Of a stretch of 32,153 nucleotides of DNA, positions 17,339-26,505 are shown in pieces. The translations under genes were made by a program, and so were the position numbers. The stretch is from Verrucomicrobiales bacterium (GTDB lineage: Bacteria > Verrucomicrobiota > Verrucomicrobiia > Verrucomicrobiales > V1-33). The first letter of the stretch is position 1; the number at the start of each line of letters is the position of its first letter. The stretch spans positions 1-32,153 of the forward strand of contig JANOAV010000111.1 in the NCBI GenBank assembly GCA_031411295.1, written 5' to 3'. The notes beneath the pieces were generated by a model. It searched no databases. It saw only the letters and a list, made by a program, of their open reading frames with translations, and was not told the origin of the DNA.

Positions 17339-18475
17339 ATGTCCATTCCATTCAATCGCGCCTGGTCTGCCACCAATCAACTGGACCACTTGCAGGCAGC
17401 CCTCGCAGGGGGGCAGACTGCGGGTGACTCCACCTACACCAAATTATGCCACGCCTGGCTGGAATCGCGCATCGGTTGCGCGCGCGCGTTCCTCACACCG
17501 TCCTGCACTGCTGCGCTGGAAATGTGCGCCCTGCTGATGAACATCCAGGCCGGAGATGAAGTCATCGTGCCCAGCTTCACCTTCGTTTCCACCGCCAGTG
17601 CCTTCGCACTGTTCGGGGCGAAGATTATCTTTGCCGATGTGATGCCGGACACGCTGACGCTGGATTTGGAGCAAGTGAGGAAACTGATCACTCCCCGCAC
17701 CAAAGCCGTCGTTTACGTGGCCTACGCAGGCATCAGCCCGGAACTGCAGCCGTTCGTGGACCTCTGTCAGGAACGCGGCATCCGCTTCATCGAGGACGCA
17801 GCGCATGCGCTTGGCTCCACGCTGCACGGCCGCCCGCTGGGAAGCATTGGCGCCCTGGCGACGCTCAGTTTCCATGAGTCGAAAAATTTCTCCGCCGGGG
17901 AAGGTGGAGCCTTGCTAGTCAACGATCCTGCGCTCGTGCAGCGGGCGGAGATTCTGCGGGAAAAGGGCACCAATCGGGCCTCACACTTGCGGCGGGAAAT
18001 TGCTAAATATTCCTGGGTGGACCTTGGCTCCAGTTATCTGGCCAGCGATCTTTGTGCCGCCGCACTCTATGCCCAGTTCGAAGATTACCACACGATTCAG
18101 ACCCGCCGCCGGACCCTCTGGGATCGTTATCAAACGGAGTTGCAAGCCTGGGCCGCAGGCTGCGGCATTCAGCAGCCCACGGTGCCCGTCGGTTGCGATC
18201 ACTCCAGCCATCTCTACTACCTGCTCTTCCCCAACAACGCCCAGCGGGAAGCGGCCATCGCGTGGCTCAAGGAAGCGGACATCCAAGCCTATTTCCATTA
18301 CCTGCCGCTGCACGAATCTCCCCAGGGGCAGCGGAGCGGAGCCGCGCCATTGGGATGCCCAGTGACAGAATCCATCTGCCATCGGTTGTTGCGGCTCCCA
18401 CTGTATCCCGGGCTGACGGATGCGCAGCAATCAGCCGTGCTGGAGCGGATTCAAGCGCTGCCGCCAGCGACGTAA
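17339..18475 (+). CDS. wecE: dTDP-4-amino-4,6-dideoxygalactose transaminase (DegT/DnrJ/EryC1/StrS family)
   Basis: Start MSIPFN. Motifs LTPSCTAALEM, PSFTFVSTA, IEDAAH, SFHESKN (PLP Lys), REKGTNR and KYSWVDLGSSY, typical of RffA/WecE. Confidence 0.85.
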   Translation: MSIPFNRAWSATNQLDHLQAALAGGQTAGDSTYTKLCHAWLESRIGCARAFLTPSCTAALEMCALLMNIQAGDEVIVPSFTFVSTASAFALFGAKIIFADVMPDTLTLDLEQVRKLITPRTKAVVYVAYAGISPELQPFVDLCQERGIRFIEDAAHALGSTLHGRPLGSIGALATLSFHESKNFSAGEGGALLVNDPALVQRAEILREKGTNRASHLRREIAKYSWVDLGSSYLASDLCAAALYAQFEDYHTIQTRRRTLWDRYQTELQAWAAGCGIQQPTVPVGCDHSSHLYYLLFPNNAQREAAIAWLKEADIQAYFHYLPLHESPQGQRSGAAPLGCPVTESICHRLLRLPLYPGLTDAQQSAVLERIQALPPAT

Positions 18476-18515
18476 AAAACGTTAGTTTGATTCGTCTAGC
18501 ACGTCCGCTCCGTGG

Positions 18516-19058
18516 CTACAGGGCTTGCTGCCACTCGGCGTGGGTGCGGATATAGTCGGCCTCATCATAAGGAAGGGAAGCCAGCACCAAGATGACCGCG
18601 TCCGCGCTGTGATCGAATTCCTCCGCCCACACCATGGGGCCGATGTAAACGGCTTCGCTGGGACTCGTTAATGCAATCACTTTCCGGTGCGTTCCATCAT
18701 CGACCAACATTTTCACCTTTCCGGTCACGCAGATTAGGAGTTGCTCACAGGCGCGATGCGCATGGGCTCCACGGGACAGTTCATTGGAACGATACGTCAG
18801 GAATAAGCGCACCGGAACGAAAGGCAGGGGTGCCTCGCCCTGACCCAAAATGGCCAGATCGCCCCGCTGGTCGCCACGTTGCACCAGTTTGATCAATTTC
18901 ACCCCACTGACGCCCGCAGGCTGGGTCTCCCCTTCCACGGAGAGACTCGCAAAATCAGCGGCATTCACACGCGAGCATGGACTCTGCAGGTCTGCGGGTG
19001 GCTCATTGGTTACTGGCGTTTGGATTGGGGGCGACATAAATAAGGGCACTACATTCAT
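18516..19058 (-). CDS. FdtA/QdtA (WxcM-like) cupin sugar 3,4-ketoisomerase
   Basis: Motifs DQRGDL, PF.P.RLF, RGAHAH..CEQ, DDG and LVLAS.PYDEADYIR. The true start may lie further downstream. Confidence 0.88.
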   Translation of the reverse strand: MNVVPLFMSPPIQTPVTNEPPADLQSPCSRVNAADFASLSVEGETQPAGVSGVKLIKLVQRGDQRGDLAILGQGEAPLPFVPVRLFLTYRSNELSRGAHAHRACEQLLICVTGKVKMLVDDGTHRKVIALTSPSEAVYIGPMVWAEEFDHSADAVILVLASLPYDEADYIRTHAEWQQAL

Positions 19059-19173
19059 GACCTTGGTTCATCATCTGGCAACAGGTTAAAGCCGACCACG
19101 ATCCATTGCGAACATCTCGAAGGCCTCCAGCAAATTGCAATCATCCGGGACGAATCATTGCTCATTGGGTTAC

Positions 19174-22100
19174 CTAGCTCTGGTCACTTTCCTTCCCCGC
19201 CGAACCAGCAAAGAATCGCTGATACAGGAAAGAGGCCACTAGCACTATCAACGCCACCGCAATCAGGGCCACGATGCGATACACGCTCTGCACTTGCGCC
19301 AAGTCGTGCAAGAATAGTTTCAACAAAGTGACTGCCAGCAACCCCAACCCCGCATAGCGCGGGCCGCGTTGGCGATGCCAGAATCCCAGCACCAAACATC
19401 CCAAACCAAACAGCGCCCAAGCAATACTGTAGGTGACATCCCGCGCCAAGTTGTTCGCGAAGTTGAAGGAGATCATCGTGTGGGCAGCCGGAGTGAAATA
19501 GTCCGCAATCTCCAAATTTACGAGCGCAAACAGCGTAATGCCCATCATCACTAGCAACCCATCTCGCGGCGGCACTGGCCCTCGCAGCGCGACTGCGGCC
19601 GGCCACCAGCGGGCGGCGGCATACATGGCGGCGGCACCAATACTGTAAGCGTAAAGTAACCAGTTCCAGATGGGAGTAGGCTGATGCTGGGTGTATTCCA
19701 AAACGTAGGGATTAACTACCAACCGCAGGAACGCCACCACCAGCAGGCCATAGCCCACCAGCAACAGGCCCCGATGCGGCACCCGGCGGAATAACCAGAT
19801 CAGAGCCGCACCTTCCAAGGCCCAACTGATGGTGATCCATTGGCGATGGAACTGCAGTGGGAAAATGGCCGTGAAGAAAAATAGCGCAATCCCCCCAAAC
19901 CACGCCAATCGCCAAACGTGCGTGCTGGTATCGGAGAAATTTTGTTTTGTGACCAACCACAAGCCCGCCCCCGCCAAGGCCGCATAGCAGGCAGGCAGAA
20001 GACCCATCCAATCGCGCGCAAAATCAGGAAAACTCCGCTCGATGACAACATACATCAGCCACGCCTGCAATAACATCGCCAGTCCCGAGGCCGCCCACGG
20101 CTCCTTGCGGGCGCTCCACAGTGACGGGCGCACGAATGGAATTGCGGCATAAATCAACGCGAACCCAGCCTGCCAGCAGAGCAGTGCGGTGGCATTTGCT
20201 TCCACCGGGCGGGTCACCATCCACAACGCCTGGATCACAAAGGTGCCGAGGTAACTCCCCAAGGTCAGATCCGAATTCTTCCTCCACCAGGCGGTCGCCA
20301 GCAAGGCTACGCCTAACACGCTGGTGGCAGTGAAGAGCAGTTGCGGATTTTCCAACGGAAGCCTGACTTCCGCCCACGCCAGCAACAGAAACGGCCACGC
20401 CACCGCCAGAATAATCGCTCCCTGACTAAGCCCCTTGGACGCAGACCGACGCTGCATGACTCCGCCTTGGATCAGCAGGAAAACCGTCAAGCCGCCCAGC
20501 AACAGGAGCCAGGTGACGAAGGCGTCGGCAGCTACGGGCAACTGAGCGAGCCACAAAATGCTGAAGGCCAGGGAGATCACGGTAGCGACCGCTTGGCAGA
20601 GTTGCCCCAGCGCATGCCTCGCCAGGATCAATCCCGTGAGGTTCAGGCACAGGACTGCCAGCCAAATCCCGCCCGACACATGAGGCTGCAGCAACAACGG
20701 AATCCCGCACATCGCCACGGCCAACGGTGTGATCCAAGGCGTCTCCACGGCCGGTTGATCGGCCTCGCGCACCCCATAGCGATTCCAGAGCAAGGGTGCC
20801 AGCACCCCCAGCAAACCGAACGCCACATAGAGCACCAACCCCGTCGTCAACCGTTCCGGCGTGAGATAGAAAACCGACCACATTCCCAGCAGGAGAAACG
20901 CCACCACTCCCACCACGCTGCTCACCCAAGCCCGGGCCGGCGTGCGCCAGGCGATCAGGAAGACCAAGATTTCCACGACCGCCACATAACCGAACGTCAG
21001 CCATGGCCGCAAGCCCACCCCCTGCCAGTGCAAGGCAAAGCCAGCAAAAGCAATGGCGCTAGCCCCCAATATCAACGCTGCATCGCAGAAAGGAAGTCGC
21101 TCCAACGAGGCCTCCTTTCGCCGCGTCCAAGCCAGCACCCCAAAGAGCAGCAAGAAGCCAAGTTCGATCCCCATCGGAACGAGCGTTAGGGAGCCATCCG
21201 CATAATTTCCCAAGCCGAAGAATTTCACCCACCATCCCACTTGCATCACGAAGGTGCCGGCAGCTGCCAACGGCATCAAGAAACGCCAGGGCCGCTTCAG
21301 CACCACCGCCATCAGCCCCAGATCCAGCAGGGCGATATACCCAAACAACGCAAGGGGACGATCCTGCCCCGTGCTCACCGCCAGCGGGGTGAGGAATCCT
21401 CCCAGCATGCCCAAGACCGCCACCACCAAAGCATTCAGGCGCACCGCCAGCGTGAAGGCGGCGGCCGTGATCAACACCAGCAGGATAAACGTCAGGGTCG
21501 TCGTGAAGGCCGGCAGCGCATAATAAGCATGGGCGGCATACGTCACCCCATACAACGTCACCACACCGGTCGCGCAAAGACTCTGCGTCAGCACCGTGTA
21601 ATCTTTCCATCGCTGCACCAACGGTCCTAGCAACAATAGCAGCACCCCAATACCCAAACCCAAACCGACGCGCGTGGCCGGGGCGATCAGGTTGTTTTCA
21701 AAGGCATACTTTACAAAGAACACGATCCCCAGAAACAACGCCAGTCCACCAATCCACGAAAACAATTTCACTCCCAGGAATTTCTCCCAATCGATTTGCA
21801 TTTTAGGCTGGAACGGCTTGGGCTCGTAAGCGGCGCGAGGCTTGATAGGAGCGGGCGGCGGAATGGGAGGAGGGACGAACGCTGAGTCGGGCGGGAAATC
21901 AGCCGGAGCTGGAGTGGAGTGAACCGCAACCTCGACTAACCGGACCGGCGGAACCGTGCGAGGGCGGGGCATCACCTCAGGCAGCGGCGGTGGCTCCGCC
22001 CATTGCGGTGGTGAGGTCACACGCTCTGGCGGCAAAACCGTTTTCGTCCGCTCTGGTGGCCCTTCCAATTGCGTAATGCGCAGTTTCGCCTGTTCCAACT

Positions 22101-22206
22101 TCTGCTCCAAGGAGCGGACGCGATCCACCGCTTCTCCAGCTTTCGTAAAGCTAACGACGGATAAGATGACGGCAACGACGACGGCCAGTATGATAAGGAA
22201 CTCCAT
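19174..22206 (-). CDS. DUF2339-type large predicted membrane protein
   Basis: N-terminal TM, coiled coil and Pro-rich linker; WEKFLGVKLFSWIGGLALFLG; LGGFLTP; more than 20 hydrophobic helices; C-terminal KLFLHDL...YRI. Confidence 0.88.
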   Translation of the reverse strand: MEFLIILAVVVAVILSVVSFTKAGEAVDRVRSLEQKLEQAKLRITQLEGPPERTKTVLPPERVTSPPQWAEPPPLPEVMPRPRTVPPVRLVEVAVHSTPAPADFPPDSAFVPPPIPPPAPIKPRAAYEPKPFQPKMQIDWEKFLGVKLFSWIGGLALFLGIVFFVKYAFENNLIAPATRVGLGLGIGVLLLLLGPLVQRWKDYTVLTQSLCATGVVTLYGVTYAAHAYYALPAFTTTLTFILLVLITAAAFTLAVRLNALVVAVLGMLGGFLTPLAVSTGQDRPLALFGYIALLDLGLMAVVLKRPWRFLMPLAAAGTFVMQVGWWVKFFGLGNYADGSLTLVPMGIELGFLLLFGVLAWTRRKEASLERLPFCDAALILGASAIAFAGFALHWQGVGLRPWLTFGYVAVVEILVFLIAWRTPARAWVSSVVGVVAFLLLGMWSVFYLTPERLTTGLVLYVAFGLLGVLAPLLWNRYGVREADQPAVETPWITPLAVAMCGIPLLLQPHVSGGIWLAVLCLNLTGLILARHALGQLCQAVATVISLAFSILWLAQLPVAADAFVTWLLLLGGLTVFLLIQGGVMQRRSASKGLSQGAIILAVAWPFLLLAWAEVRLPLENPQLLFTATSVLGVALLATAWWRKNSDLTLGSYLGTFVIQALWMVTRPVEANATALLCWQAGFALIYAAIPFVRPSLWSARKEPWAASGLAMLLQAWLMYVVIERSFPDFARDWMGLLPACYAALAGAGLWLVTKQNFSDTSTHVWRLAWFGGIALFFFTAIFPLQFHRQWITISWALEGAALIWLFRRVPHRGLLLVGYGLLVVAFLRLVVNPYVLEYTQHQPTPIWNWLLYAYSIGAAAMYAAARWWPAAVALRGPVPPRDGLLVMMGITLFALVNLEIADYFTPAAHTMISFNFANNLARDVTYSIAWALFGLGCLVLGFWHRQRGPRYAGLGLLAVTLLKLFLHDLAQVQSVYRIVALIAVALIVLVASFLYQRFFAGSAGKESDQS

Positions 22207-22332
22207 GCCGGCAAGTTAGCTGCACTCCCACTGGAGGGAAGACATTATTTCCGATGCCACCATTGAGGAAACTGATGAACTCGGCCCGAGGGTGCCTGCA
22301 TCTAAACCTGCTAGCCTCGGTGGATAGGGACA

Positions 22333-23067
22333 TCAGCGTCTGCGCCATGCGATCCACAATACCAGCAGCGCAGCAGTTGCAGCAAAGCACAGCAGGATGG
22401 CTTTACCCGGGACTCGAGGTGCCTCGGCATCACTTTCAATTTGATAGGCTGACGAATTCTCGCCCGAGACCTTTCCCTGCTCCCTTAGCGCAATAAAATC
22501 TACAATGGAAGCATCGGGCGCGCCCGCCTTAGCCCCAGGAATCAATCGCAGCGTCTCCTGCCATGACTTGATTGCCTGCGAGGTTTCCTCCGCCGCCTCG
22601 TGAACAAGATAGACTTCAGTCCCTCGATCACTCTGAGACACGACATGGATCGCGATGGAAGGTTCTAACCGGAAGAGTAGTCGGGTATAGCGACCATAGG
22701 TGCCATCTGGCAACAATCGGGCAAAATCAGTGACTGAGGGGTCACCATAGAGTCGCTCCAAAGCCAAGCAGATTGCTTCACAACTTCGACCTATGTCGCC
22801 TGTAGCTTGAGTCCAGACCACGGTCGCCAATTTATCCTCTCTGAAATAATACATCACTTTCGCCCCATCGGTCAGTCTTTCCAAGAACATGGGGTTCTTG
22901 GAATTGGTAAATTTCCTTACCTCGTGGCCCGAAGATTTAAACGTGGCGGTGGATTCTCCAGGAAAATTGGAGTGATTATCAATCCAAGGCAGCCGTCGTG
23001 AAACCTCCTGAGAGAGTCCGGAACAGGTGAAGATGTAGCTGACAAGGCTGACTATGCGAATATGCAT
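22333..23067 (-). CDS. Hypothetical exported protein with C-terminal membrane anchor
   Basis: Likely start MHIRIVSLVSYIF (signal-like); ends in a hydrophobic helix plus WRRR. No family recognised. Confidence 0.5.
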   Translation of the reverse strand: MHIRIVSLVSYIFTCSGLSQEVSRRLPWIDNHSNFPGESTATFKSSGHEVRKFTNSKNPMFLERLTDGAKVMYYFREDKLATVVWTQATGDIGRSCEAICLALERLYGDPSVTDFARLLPDGTYGRYTRLLFRLEPSIAIHVVSQSDRGTEVYLVHEAAEETSQAIKSWQETLRLIPGAKAGAPDASIVDFIALREQGKVSGENSSAYQIESDAEAPRVPGKAILLCFAATAALLVLWIAWRRR

Positions 23068-23340
23068 CGGATTCAACTCGTTTACTTTCCTCTCATCGTA
23101 GCGTAAGTTTCCGGATCCTGTTGGATTAAATTTAGGGCTGGTAGTTACTACCCAGAAGGCAGAAAGCAACCCAGTTCTTGGTATTGAAGCATCCTAGGCC
23201 GCAGAAACCTAGTGCAAAGGAATCGCCTATGAGGTGGCTATCGGGTCCCGAAGGGGTCCTTGAGAGTGAGTCGATCGTCCCCAAGCCTGCCGCACATACG
23301 CGATTGTCAGCGCCTACTTTGCCCGATTATGCTCTTGGCC

Positions 23341-24759
23341 ATGCGAATCCGTCCTCTGCTCTATCCTCTCATGTTCGTTCTGCTCTCAGGCTCTGTTGCC
23401 TCTGCTGCGGACCCTAAACCGAATTTCATCATCATCCTGGCCGACGATCTGGGCTATGGCGATCTGGGGTGCTACGGGCATCCCAGCATCCGCACTCCGC
23501 AATTGGATCGCATGGCGGCGGAGGGGATGCGGTTTACGGATTTCTATTCTGCTGCGGAAGTCTGCACGCCAAGTCGCGCTGCACTGCTAACAGGGCGGTA
23601 TGCCATCCGCAGTGGCATGTGCCACAACCAGTTCCGCGTGCTACGGCGGGAATCCACCGGACATTTGCCGGCCTCCGAAATCACGCTGGCCGAGCAACTG
23701 AAAGGCCAGGGCTACGCCACGGGCCTGATCGGTAAATGGCACTTGGGGGTGTGGTCCAACAACGAGGAAGGGCACCCGTCGAAGCATGGGTTCGACTCCA
23801 ATTTCGGCCTGCCGCATTCCAATGATATGAATCCCTCTCCGCTGGCCCCCAAGGGCGCGCCGAAGCAGTTGGAGCAGGATCCCAAGTGGTGGAATGCTCC
23901 GCTGTATCAGGGCCAGGAAATCATCGAGCAACCGGCGGATCAGACGACCTTAACGCGACGCTACACCGAGCAGGCGGTGCGCTTCATTGGTGAGCACAAG
24001 CAGGCTCCGTTCTTCCTGTATCTGGCGCATACGTTCCCTCATGTGCCGTTGTTTACTTCGGATAAATTCCGCGGACAGAGCCCGCGTGGGCTGTATGGGG
24101 ATGTGGTCGAGGAGCTGGATTGGAGTGTGGGCCAAGTGCTGGAGGCCTTGCGCAGCAATGGGTTGGATCGCAATACACTGGTGGTCTTTACCAGCGACAA
24201 TGGTCCCTGGCTGACGCAAGATTTGGCCGGAGGCTCGGCAGGCTTACTGAGGGAAGGCAAGGGTTCCACCTGGGAAGGTGGCATGCGGGTGCCCGGACTG
24301 GCTTGGTGGCCGGGAAAGATTCCGGCGGGGAAAGTTTGTCGGGAGGTGGCATCCACGTTGGATTTGTTCCCGACCTGCAGCCTGCTGGCGGGAGCCAAGC
24401 TGCCGGCGGATCGGGTGCTGGATGGCGTGAATCTCCTGCCCTTGTTAACGGGCGCAGCCTCGGTGGAGCGCGGAGTTTACTGCTACTATCGAGGCGCGCA
24501 ATTGTTCGCAGCCCGCCTGGGGAAATGGAAGGCGCATTTCTTCACCCAACCGGCTTATGGCACCCCAAAACCTGAAGCCCATGATCCTCCCTTGCTCTTC
24601 GATCTGACGAACGATCCCGGAGAATCCTTCAATGTAGCCGCGCAACATCCGGAGGTGCTGAGTCAGATCGCGACTGCCGTGGCCGCCCATCGGAGTAAAC
24701 TGGAACCCGCGCCCAGCCAACTGGAGGCGGTGGTCAGCGCTCCGGTGCCGCAAAAGTAG
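23341..24759 (+). CDS. Arylsulfatase A-like sulfatase (S1, Cys-type)
   Basis: Signal peptide; PNFIIILADDLGYGD, CTPSRAALLTGR (FGly motif), GKWHLG, SDNG and WEGGMRVP. Start is 23329 or 23341. Confidence 0.95.
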   Translation: MRIRPLLYPLMFVLLSGSVASAADPKPNFIIILADDLGYGDLGCYGHPSIRTPQLDRMAAEGMRFTDFYSAAEVCTPSRAALLTGRYAIRSGMCHNQFRVLRRESTGHLPASEITLAEQLKGQGYATGLIGKWHLGVWSNNEEGHPSKHGFDSNFGLPHSNDMNPSPLAPKGAPKQLEQDPKWWNAPLYQGQEIIEQPADQTTLTRRYTEQAVRFIGEHKQAPFFLYLAHTFPHVPLFTSDKFRGQSPRGLYGDVVEELDWSVGQVLEALRSNGLDRNTLVVFTSDNGPWLTQDLAGGSAGLLREGKGSTWEGGMRVPGLAWWPGKIPAGKVCREVASTLDLFPTCSLLAGAKLPADRVLDGVNLLPLLTGAASVERGVYCYYRGAQLFAARLGKWKAHFFTQPAYGTPKPEAHDPPLLFDLTNDPGESFNVAAQHPEVLSQIATAVAAHRSKLEPAPSQLEAVVSAPVPQK

Positions 24760-24898
24760 GGGCCAAGGCACGTTGGTAGCACGTTGGGATTCGTCGCCAA
24801 TGCAGAATCGACAAATCGGGGCATTTTCTTAGTTGCTGGCGGGGTCCAAGCGTTCTATCGGAAATTTCACTGCCTTCATCGTCCTCTGCCATCATTGC

Positions 24899-25840
24899 AT
24901 GAATCCAATCCTTAAAGTCTTCAGCGGCACCAGCCATCCCCAACTCGCGGATGGTATTTGTCGAAATCTTGGTATCGAGCGTTCCGACGTGACGGTGAAG
25001 TCATTTCCGGACGGGGAAACGTTCGTGAAAATTAACGAGAACGTCCGCGGTAGCGATCTATTCATCGTGCAGCCGACGTGCCCGCCGACGAATCATAATT
25101 TGATGGAGCTGCTCATCATGGTGGATGCCGCCAAGCGCGCCAGTGCGGATCGGATCACCGCCGTGTTGCCATTTTACGGCTATGCCCGACAAGACCGGAA
25201 GGATCAACCCCGGGTGCCGATTACCGCCAAGTTGGTGGCTAACTTGCTCGTTGCAGCAGGGGTGAACCGGGTGCTCACCTTGGATCTTCATGCGGGGCAG
25301 ATTCAGGGGTTCTTCGATATTCCGGTGGACCATCTCTATGCCGCGCCCGTGCTCGTAAAGTATTTCCGGGAAAAGGGTTACCATGGCAAGGACGTCGTGG
25401 TAGTGTCCCCTGACGTCGGCGGCATCAAAATGAGCTACTCATACGCCAAGGCCCTGGGATCTGACTTCGCCATCGTGGCCAAGAACCGCAGCAGCGCCAC
25501 GGAAGTGCAGGCGCACAGCCTCATTGGTGAAGTGGAGGGCAAACGCGTGATCCTGGTGGATGACATGACCGAAACCGCCGGCACTCTAACCGCCGCCGCC
25601 CGCCTCTTGAAAGAACGCGGAGCCAAGGACATCATCGCTGGGGTGACCCACGCGGTGCTTGGAGAAATGGCACTCAACCGCTTGGCGGAATCGTCCATTT
25701 CTGAACTCATCTGCACCGACAGTGTCCCGATGTCCCAAGGCCCCAAAGTCGTCACCCTGGGCATTGCCGAGATGCTGGGCAGCGCCATCCGCCGGATTCA
25801 TGAGGGCGAAAGCGTGACCTCCTTGTTCGAGATTTCCTGA
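24899..25840 (+). CDS. prs: Ribose-phosphate pyrophosphokinase
   Basis: Start MNPILKVFSG. Motifs FPDGE, YGYARQDRK, DLHAGQIQGFFDIPVDHL, VSPDVGG and LVDDMTETAGT. Confidence 0.97.
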   Translation: MNPILKVFSGTSHPQLADGICRNLGIERSDVTVKSFPDGETFVKINENVRGSDLFIVQPTCPPTNHNLMELLIMVDAAKRASADRITAVLPFYGYARQDRKDQPRVPITAKLVANLLVAAGVNRVLTLDLHAGQIQGFFDIPVDHLYAAPVLVKYFREKGYHGKDVVVVSPDVGGIKMSYSYAKALGSDFAIVAKNRSSATEVQAHSLIGEVEGKRVILVDDMTETAGTLTAAARLLKERGAKDIIAGVTHAVLGEMALNRLAESSISELICTDSVPMSQGPKVVTLGIAEMLGSAIRRIHEGESVTSLFEIS

Positions 25841-26150
25841 TTATCCTTGGATCGCTTATGGCACCGATTGGCTGGCCTTCGGGCACCTGATGATAGCGGC
25901 ATTCTTTATCGGTCCCTGGCTGCATCCCTTGTCCAGTCGGGCGAATTTATACGCCGGGCTCTTCGCGTGTTTTGCCGTGATCCCCCTGGCCTTGATCTGC
26001 GGCCCTCTGCGTGGCATCCCGTTTTATTGGCGACTCATCGACTGTTCATTCGGAGTTTTCGGAGCGTTGCCTTTGCTGTATTGTTTGAAGCAATTGAAGC
26101 GGATGGAAGCTGCTTGTAGCCAATTGGAAGAGAATGTGGCAGACTGTTAG
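25839..26150 (+). pseudogene. 5'-truncated membrane protein gene
   Basis: The protein-like frame begins at the prs stop: DYPWIAYGTDWLAFGHLMIAAFFIGPW...ICGPLRGIPFYWRLIDCSFGVFG. There is no room for an N-terminus. Confidence 0.6.
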
Positions 26151-26276
26151 TCAAAATGCGATTCCACCAATCCGTTTTGTATCCGCGTTTTTCTTTGCTG
26201 AAATAGGCGCGACCAGTGCTGTCGGAATAGCCGTCCCAGTCGGTGGCCGTCCCGGCGTTCCCGGAGGTGATCTGAA

Positions 26277-26399
26277 ATGAACGCCACCATCCTGCACCTC
26301 ATGGGGCTGAATCACGAGAAACTCACTTATCGTTTCTCGGGCCGCGATTACCGACTAACTGACGTGCACGGCCACGTCGTGCATGACATCATTGCTTGA
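26277..26399 (+). pseudogene. C-terminal remnant of a DUF1501-family gene
   Basis: [40 protein letters not shown] matches the characteristic DUF1501 C-terminus; only 40 aa are present. Confidence 0.8.
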
Positions 26400-26505
26400 G
26401 AAGAGGCCCGTTTTGGACTAGCGTATTAGGAGAAAAAGGGGCTTTCCTGGAGGAACGAATCACCAGACTCCGTCAGTTGAGATTGACTCTTAGGGGCCCC
26501 TGTTT

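Noticed and set aside
20341..21189. 282-aa Q/R/H-rich plus-strand ORF
   Set aside because: Antisense to the hydrophobic DUF2339 gene, which explains its composition.
24760..24898. tRNA or structured leader upstream of prs; gcacgttgg direct repeat (24768-24787)
   Set aside because: No cloverleaf or T-loop motif is visible, and a 9-bp duplication alone is uninformative.
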